Translations under genes and position numbers: made by a program
Notes under the pieces: generated by a model
What the model was told of the DNA's origin: nothing
The model's input: the letters and a program-made list of their open reading frames with translations, nothing else
Database searches by the model: none
Shown here: in pieces, positions 59,104 to 64,000 of the stretch
How the letters are laid out: every line of letters starts with the position of its first letter
How positions within the stretch are numbered: position 1 is the first letter of the stretch
Source: Myxococcota bacterium
GTDB lineage: Bacteria; Myxococcota_A; UBA9160; UBA6930
Assembly (NCBI GenBank): GCA_965223705.1
Contig: OZ245015.1
Location: 4,192,001 to 4,256,000 of the forward strand
Direction: 5' to 3'
Length of the DNA stretch: 64,000 bases

Positions 59104-61308
59104 ATGTTGGGGAACCATCGCAAAGATCATGTGATTGGGAAATCGCGTGAGCGCGAGGCGGCCCGGATTGAGGAACTCGAACGCGAAGTCACCCGACTCC
59201 GAGAGCTTGTCAAGCAGACCGAAAAGCGTTTCGAACTCGCGACCCTTGCGTCGTCGGACGGTTCTTTCGATTGGAACATCGAGACGGGCGAGGTCTACTA
59301 CTCGGATCGTTTTCTCGCTCTTCTCGACCTCGATCGGGCGCAAATCGCGAACGATTTCTCGGGCTTTCGAGAGCGGCTCCACCCCGAGGACCGGGATCGC
59401 GTGATGGCGGAAGTGCACCGGCACCTTTCGCAAGACGTGCCGTTTGACACGGTCTACCGGATTCGAACGCGCGACGGCAACCACCGCTGGTTCCGCGCGC
59501 GCGGCGCCACTCAACGAGATCCGACCGGGAAGCCGACGCGTATGGCCGGCGCGATCGCCGACCTGACGGAACGACGCCAGGCCGAGGAGAAAGCGCGCCT
59601 TTCCCAGGAAGCATATCGCGCCCTGTTTCAGACCGTGGACCACGGAATCGCGATCATTGACATCGATGGGCGCTTTCTCGATGCCAACCCGGCTTTCCTG
59701 AAACTCGTTCAGCGAGACTTCGAGGGACTGCGCGCACTGGACTACCGGGACCTCACTCCACAGGAATATCTGCATCTCGACGAGGAAGCGGTTCAGAGCA
59801 TGGCCGAGCGCGACTATGCGGAGCCCTACGAGAAGGAGTATCGACTCCCGAACGGGGAGCGCGTTCCGGTCGAACTCCGCTGTTGGTTGACGCGCGATGA
59901 CGAAGGGGCGCCGCGAGAGATGTTTGCGATCGTTCGCGACATTTCATCGGAGAAGGAAGCGAGAGAGCAGATTCACAAACTCGCGTACTACGACTTCGTC
60001 ACAGGCCTGCCAAACCGGCAGCTTTTCCACGCGCATCTGCAGTACGCCATTGATCAAGCTCGCACGTATCAGGACATCCTGGCGCTGTTGTTCATCGATC
60101 TCGATCGCTTCAAACAAGTCAACGATACGCTCGGCCACAGCGCGGGAGACAAGTTGCTGCAGGAAGTGGGCAATCGGTTCTCCGGAGCGCTTCGCTCTTC
60201 CGATCGCGTTTTTCGTTCGGGCTCCGACAAACCGGGTTCCGCGGTCGCCAGGCTCGGCGGTGACGAATTCACCGTCATTCTCTCGAAACTCCAACGGAGG
60301 GAAGACGCACAGGCCGTCGCGCGACGTCTGGTCGAAACGCTCGAGGCGCCGTTCAGTATCGAGGAGAACGAGGTCTTCGTCAGTGGCTGCGTGGGTATCG
60401 CGCTCTTCCCCGACGATGGCTTGGACGTGATCAGCCTCACTCGCAGCGCCGACACCGCGATGTACCACGCGAAGGATCTCGGGCGTGCGTCCGTCGCTTA
60501 CTACTCGGAATCGATGGGAGCGGCGGGCGTCGAGCGCATGCTCCTCGAGAACGGCTTGCGGAAAGCGCTCGAGGAACGAGAGCTCCACATGGTGTACCAG
60601 CCCCAGCGCGGTGCGGTGACGGGAGCTGTCACCGGGTGCGAGGCGCTGGTTCGGTGGAATCACAAAGGCGAGCGCTTCGTTCCCCCCGATCAGTTCATCC
60701 CCATCGCTGAGGACACCGGGCTGATTATCCCGATTGGCGACTGGATCTTTCGAGAGGTCTGCGAGCAGTGGGTCCGTTGGGTGCAAGAAGGCTATGCGCC
60801 CCCGCGCGTGGGGATCAACGTCTCAGCGCGGCAAATCACACACCCGACGTTCCTGCGCACCTTCGAGAAGACCCTCGACGAATGTGGGGTCCCCCGCGAA
60901 GCGCTCGAACTCGAGATCACCGAGACCGTTCTTCTTCACGAGATCGCCGAGACGAAGCGAGTTCTCGACGCCATCCATGCCGACGGGATCGAGATCGCCC
61001 TCGACGACTTCGGTACGGGCTTTTCTTCGCTCTCGCACCTGCAGCGTTTTCCGATCGATCGTCTGAAGATCGACCGTTCTTTCGTCAATGACATCACGAC
61101 GGACCCGGAAGACCGCTGCCTCACCGCGGCCATCATCGGACTGGCGCACAACTTGGGCATCCGCGTCGTAGCGGAAGGCGTCGAGACCGAGGAGCAGGCG
61201 GAACTCCTCCGGGAGCAGGGTTGCGACGATCTACAGGGCTACCTGATCAGCAAGCCGGTCTCGGCAGAAGAGTTCGTCCGGTTTCTCGAGCGCGAGAAGC
61301 CCTCCTAG
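59104..61308 (+). CDS. PAS-PAS-GGDEF-EAL diguanylate cyclase/phosphodiesterase
   Basis: Two PAS domains, YDFVTGLPNR, DLDRFKQVND, GGDEF, EALVRW, DDFGTGFSS, AEGVE, QGY. Confidence 0.95.
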   Translation: MLGNHRKDHVIGKSREREAARIEELEREVTRLRELVKQTEKRFELATLASSDGSFDWNIETGEVYYSDRFLALLDLDRAQIANDFSGFRERLHPEDRDRVMAEVHRHLSQDVPFDTVYRIRTRDGNHRWFRARGATQRDPTGKPTRMAGAIADLTERRQAEEKARLSQEAYRALFQTVDHGIAIIDIDGRFLDANPAFLKLVQRDFEGLRALDYRDLTPQEYLHLDEEAVQSMAERDYAEPYEKEYRLPNGERVPVELRCWLTRDDEGAPREMFAIVRDISSEKEAREQIHKLAYYDFVTGLPNRQLFHAHLQYAIDQARTYQDILALLFIDLDRFKQVNDTLGHSAGDKLLQEVGNRFSGALRSSDRVFRSGSDKPGSAVARLGGDEFTVILSKLQRREDAQAVARRLVETLEAPFSIEENEVFVSGCVGIALFPDDGLDVISLTRSADTAMYHAKDLGRASVAYYSESMGAAGVERMLLENGLRKALEERELHMVYQPQRGAVTGAVTGCEALVRWNHKGERFVPPDQFIPIAEDTGLIIPIGDWIFREVCEQWVRWVQEGYAPPRVGINVSARQITHPTFLRTFEKTLDECGVPREALELEITETVLLHEIAETKRVLDAIHADGIEIALDDFGTGFSSLSHLQRFPIDRLKIDRSFVNDITTDPEDRCLTAAIIGLAHNLGIRVVAEGVETEEQAELLREQGCDDLQGYLISKPVSAEEFVRFLEREKPS

Positions 61309-61326
61309 AGAGTCTCAAGACGGCGG

Positions 61327-61466
61327 ACCGAGGCAGGGCCGGGGCAGGGGGGGTACCGTGCTCAAACATCCTCGCGCCGACATGGTGACGAGTTCGCGCG
61401 CACGGATCGGCGGCGCTGCGGAACTGCGCGCGGCACCCCCACCTGCCCCGACCTCGGTACACCGAG
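61327..61466. other. Structured intergenic element (long imperfect inverted repeat); possible ncRNA, repeat or terminator
   Basis: ACCGAGG..GGGGCAGG.GGGGG.TACCGTGC pairs with GCGCGGCA.CCCCC.A.CCTGCCCC..CCTCGGT; there is also an inner stem. Confidence 0.45.
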
Positions 61467-61471
61467 CTAAT

Positions 61472-62503
61472 TCAGCCGCCTACCTGGAACATTTCGATCT
61501 TGGCGCGCCCGGCCGCAGTCTCTTCGGTGCGCATCTCGGAATAGCGGTCGGCGCGTCTGGACCACACGCCGCGAAGGGTTGCGCGCAACTCTTCGTCGCT
61601 CGCGCCGGCGCGGAGGGGTCCCTTCAGATCGACGCCTTCGTTGGAAAACAAACATGTGACGAGCTTGCCATCGGACGTGATCCGCGCGCGCGTGCAGTCG
61701 CCGCAGAAGGGGCGCGTCACCGACGCGATCACGCCTACCTCTCCGGCACCGTCGCGGTAGCGAAACCGCGTCGCGACTTCTCCGTCGTAGTTTGGGGCAA
61801 TCGGTTCGACGCCGAACGCGTTGTCGAGGCGCTCGAGAATACTTTCCGCAGATACGACCTGAGAGAGATCCCAACCGTTGCGCGTGCCGACATCCATGAA
61901 CTCGATGAACCGCAATACGTGACCGGTGCCGCGGAACCGTTCGGCCAGCGGCACGATGGCGTGCTCGTTCACCCCCGCGCGAACCACACAATTGATCTTG
62001 AGCGGCGTCAGCCCGGCGGCCGCCGCAGCCTCGATACCGCGCAGAACGCGGGAAAAATCGGCTTCCCGGCCGCTCATTTGGCGAAACGTTTCCTCGTCGT
62101 GTCCATCGAGGGAGACCGTGACGCGGCGCAGGCCCGCGCGGGCGAGCGCCGCAGCCCTCGGCTCGAGGAGATACCCGTTGGTCGTCAGCGCGATGTCGAG
62201 GTCATCCGACAGTTCAGCGAGGGATTCGATCAGGCTCGGCAACTCGGCGCGGAGGAGCGGTTCCCCCCCGGTGATGCGAAGCTTCCGCACACCTTCCGCC
62301 ACGAAAACGCCCGTGAGCCGAACGATCTCCTCGAACGAGAGGATCTCGGGTTTCGGCAGAAACTCGTAGGCCTCGCCGAAGAGCTCTGCCGGCATGCAGT
62401 ACGGGCAACGAAAGTTGCAGCGGTCCGTCACCGAAATCCGCAGATCGCGGAGCTCGCGACCCACGGTGTCGAGAACCGGCTCGCCTATTCGGAGAAGTTC
62501 CAC
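61472..62503 (-). CDS. moaA: GTP 3',8-cyclase (molybdenum cofactor biosynthesis)
   Basis: [39 protein letters not shown]-terminal GG. Confidence 0.96.
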   Translation of the reverse strand: MELLRIGEPVLDTVGRELRDLRISVTDRCNFRCPYCMPAELFGEAYEFLPKPEILSFEEIVRLTGVFVAEGVRKLRITGGEPLLRAELPSLIESLAELSDDLDIALTTNGYLLEPRAAALARAGLRRVTVSLDGHDEETFRQMSGREADFSRVLRGIEAAAAAGLTPLKINCVVRAGVNEHAIVPLAERFRGTGHVLRFIEFMDVGTRNGWDLSQVVSAESILERLDNAFGVEPIAPNYDGEVATRFRYRDGAGEVGVIASVTRPFCGDCTRARITSDGKLVTCLFSNEGVDLKGPLRAGASDEELRATLRGVWSRRADRYSEMRTEETAAGRAKIEMFQVGG

Positions 62504-62838
62504 TTCGCCTTGTTCTCGGCGATCTGCTCCGCGGTCGGCTTGTCTTTCTCTTCGACTTCCGGAACCTCGAAATCGCCGGAGTTCTCCGGAACTTTCGCGT
62601 TTTGCGCGATGTCGTCTTGGAAGACGCCCGGCACCCGTTCATCTTCGTAGATGGCTTCCCACGGGCATTCGGGCTCGCACACGCCACAGTCGATGCATTC
62701 TTCGGGGTTGATATAGAGCTGATTCGGAAAGGTCTCGCGATCGGTGCCCGTATAGCCGTAGATGCAGTCTACCGGGCAGACCTCGACGCAGGATTGGTCC
62801 ACGCAATCGCGGCAGAGTTTCGTGATGACCCAAGGCAT
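62485..62838 (-). CDS. Dicluster ferredoxin (FdxA-like)
   Basis: [17 protein letters not shown] and [22 protein letters not shown]. Confidence 0.93.
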   Translation of the reverse strand: MPWVITKLCRDCVDQSCVEVCPVDCIYGYTGTDRETFPNQLYINPEECIDCGVCEPECPWEAIYEDERVPGVFQDDIAQNAKVPENSGDFEVPEVEEKDKPTAEQIAENKAKWNFSE

Positions 62839-62960
62839 GTCTGTCTCCTCGTCTAGCCCGCGAGGGCTCCGGGTCGGGCATTCTATCTCAGGGAGCTCCC
62901 TTTCGGTGGGGGCCCGCCGAACCCTTGTGGGCCGCGCGGGGATCGCGCACCGTTGACGCC

Positions 62961-63824
62961 ATGGCGGAGAGCGAGTGGGTCGTAGCGGTCGAAGCGGCGG
63001 ATTTCGAGTCCGCCGTGATCGGGCGGAGCGGGGAGCTTCCGGTCGTGGTCGATTTCTGGGCTCCGTGGTGTGGGCCTTGCCGCACCCTGGGCCCCACCCT
63101 CGAGAGGCTGGCCGAGGAACACGCGGGGGCGTTTCTCCTCGCAAAAGTGAACGTCGACGACGCACAAGAGCTCTCCCAGCGCTACGGCGTGCGCAGTATC
63201 CCGACGGTTCTCGGGTTCCGCGAAGGCCGTATCGCGAAAGAGTTCGTCGGGGCGCTTCCCGAGCCCGAGATTCGGCGCTTCCTCGAAGAGCTCCTGCCTT
63301 CGCGGGCGTGGCACCTGGCACGGGAGGGCCTCGAGCTCGCGGCCGCCGGCCACGAAAACGCCGCAGAGGAGCGCTTTCGCGGTGCCCTGGCCGAGGATCC
63401 GCGGGAAGCCACGGCACTGCTGGGCCTCGCGAAGATCTCGGCGGCCGGCGGCGACGCGGCCGAGGCGCTGGCTCTGCTCGAGCGGGTGCCGCCGACCTCG
63501 TCGCTCATCGAGGAAGCCGAGCGGTTCGCGGCAGCCGTCCGCACCGGAGACGCGGCGGGCGACAGCGACCTCGAGGCGCTTCGCGAACGCGTCGCGTCGG
63601 ACCCGGCGGATCTCGAGGCGCAGCTCGCCTTGGGCCGCGGTCTGGCGGCGGCGGGTCAGTACGAGGCCGCACTCGAAACCCTGCTGGGCGTCGTGCGCCG
63701 AGATCCTCAGTTCGCCGATCAAGCCGCGCGAAAGGCGATGGTCGATCTCTTCGAGGTCCTCGGCGCTGAGGATCCGCTGACCGAGCGCTTCCGCGGCGAA
63801 CTCGCCCGCGCCCTCTTTCGCTAA
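62961..63824 (+). CDS. cnoX: Thioredoxin-TPR chaperedoxin (CnoX/YbbN)
   Basis: [19 protein letters not shown]-terminal TPRs ending [11 protein letters not shown]. Confidence 0.9.
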   Translation: MAESEWVVAVEAADFESAVIGRSGELPVVVDFWAPWCGPCRTLGPTLERLAEEHAGAFLLAKVNVDDAQELSQRYGVRSIPTVLGFREGRIAKEFVGALPEPEIRRFLEELLPSRAWHLAREGLELAAAGHENAAEERFRGALAEDPREATALLGLAKISAAGGDAAEALALLERVPPTSSLIEEAERFAAAVRTGDAAGDSDLEALRERVASDPADLEAQLALGRGLAAAGQYEAALETLLGVVRRDPQFADQAARKAMVDLFEVLGAEDPLTERFRGELARALFR

Positions 63825-63828
63825 AGCC

Positions 63829-64000
63829 ATGGTGCCGGAAACGCTTCGCGGCTTCGTCGTCCAATCGCGCTACCGAGTTCGCGCCGGGGGGCCGGTCGTC
63901 GAACTGTTCGGCAGGCTCGAAGACGGGCGGCCTTTTCTCGTCACGGATGACCGCGAAGTGCCTTTCTTCTACACGGGTGAAGCCGGAAAGGCGCTGGTCG
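63829..64000 (+). CDS. Partial CDS, probable family B DNA polymerase (Pol II) N-terminus
   Basis: MVPETLRGFVVQSRYRVRAGGPVVELFGRLEDGRPFLVTDDREVPFFY resembles PolB N-termini; starts 4 nt after the cnoX stop. Confidence 0.6.
   Translation, partial: MVPETLRGFVVQSRYRVRAGGPVVELFGRLEDGRPFLVTDDREVPFFYTGEAGKALV

Noticed and set aside
62839..62960. Moco riboswitch upstream of fdx-moaA
   Set aside because: A -10-like TAGAAT (62880-62885) leaves a leader too short for the aptamer, and its conserved elements are not evident.

Overview
This is a gene-dense, high-GC bacterial chromosome segment with about 55 CDSs. I found no rRNA, tRNA, CRISPR array, transposase or phage genes. PilT paralogues, a PEP-CTERM protein, c-di-GMP enzymes, several luciferase-like monooxygenases and an actinobacterial/archaeal-type ValRS suggest a Myxococcota or related deltaproteobacterial lineage (inference only). 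Most genes are housekeeping or metabolic: egtD, prpE-like ligase, addAB, amtB-glnK, valS, DAHP synthase, fbp, ahcY, prc, grxD-bolA-dusB, an osmoprotectant ABC transporter, moaA, cnoX and the start of a probable polB. The most interesting signals read directly from the DNA are: (1) a recurring sigma28-like promoter, T(C/A)(A/C)A(G/T)-N15-G(C/T)CGAT, in front of c-di-GMP genes, a pilus-motor gene and two hypothetical genes; (2) a PilT retraction ATPase carrying a degenerate N-terminal MshEN-like module, paired with a second PilT; (3) TANNNT exactly 6 nt before the start codon of five SD-less genes, a leaderless-mRNA signature; (4) egtD coupled to a gamma-glutamylcyclotransferase; (5) a Grx4/A-type-carrier/rhodanese fusion followed by BolA; (6) a six-gene LLM/flavin reductase/hydrolase cassette; (7) a structured ~140-nt element between two convergent genes. 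All calls come from motif reading; no database search was run.
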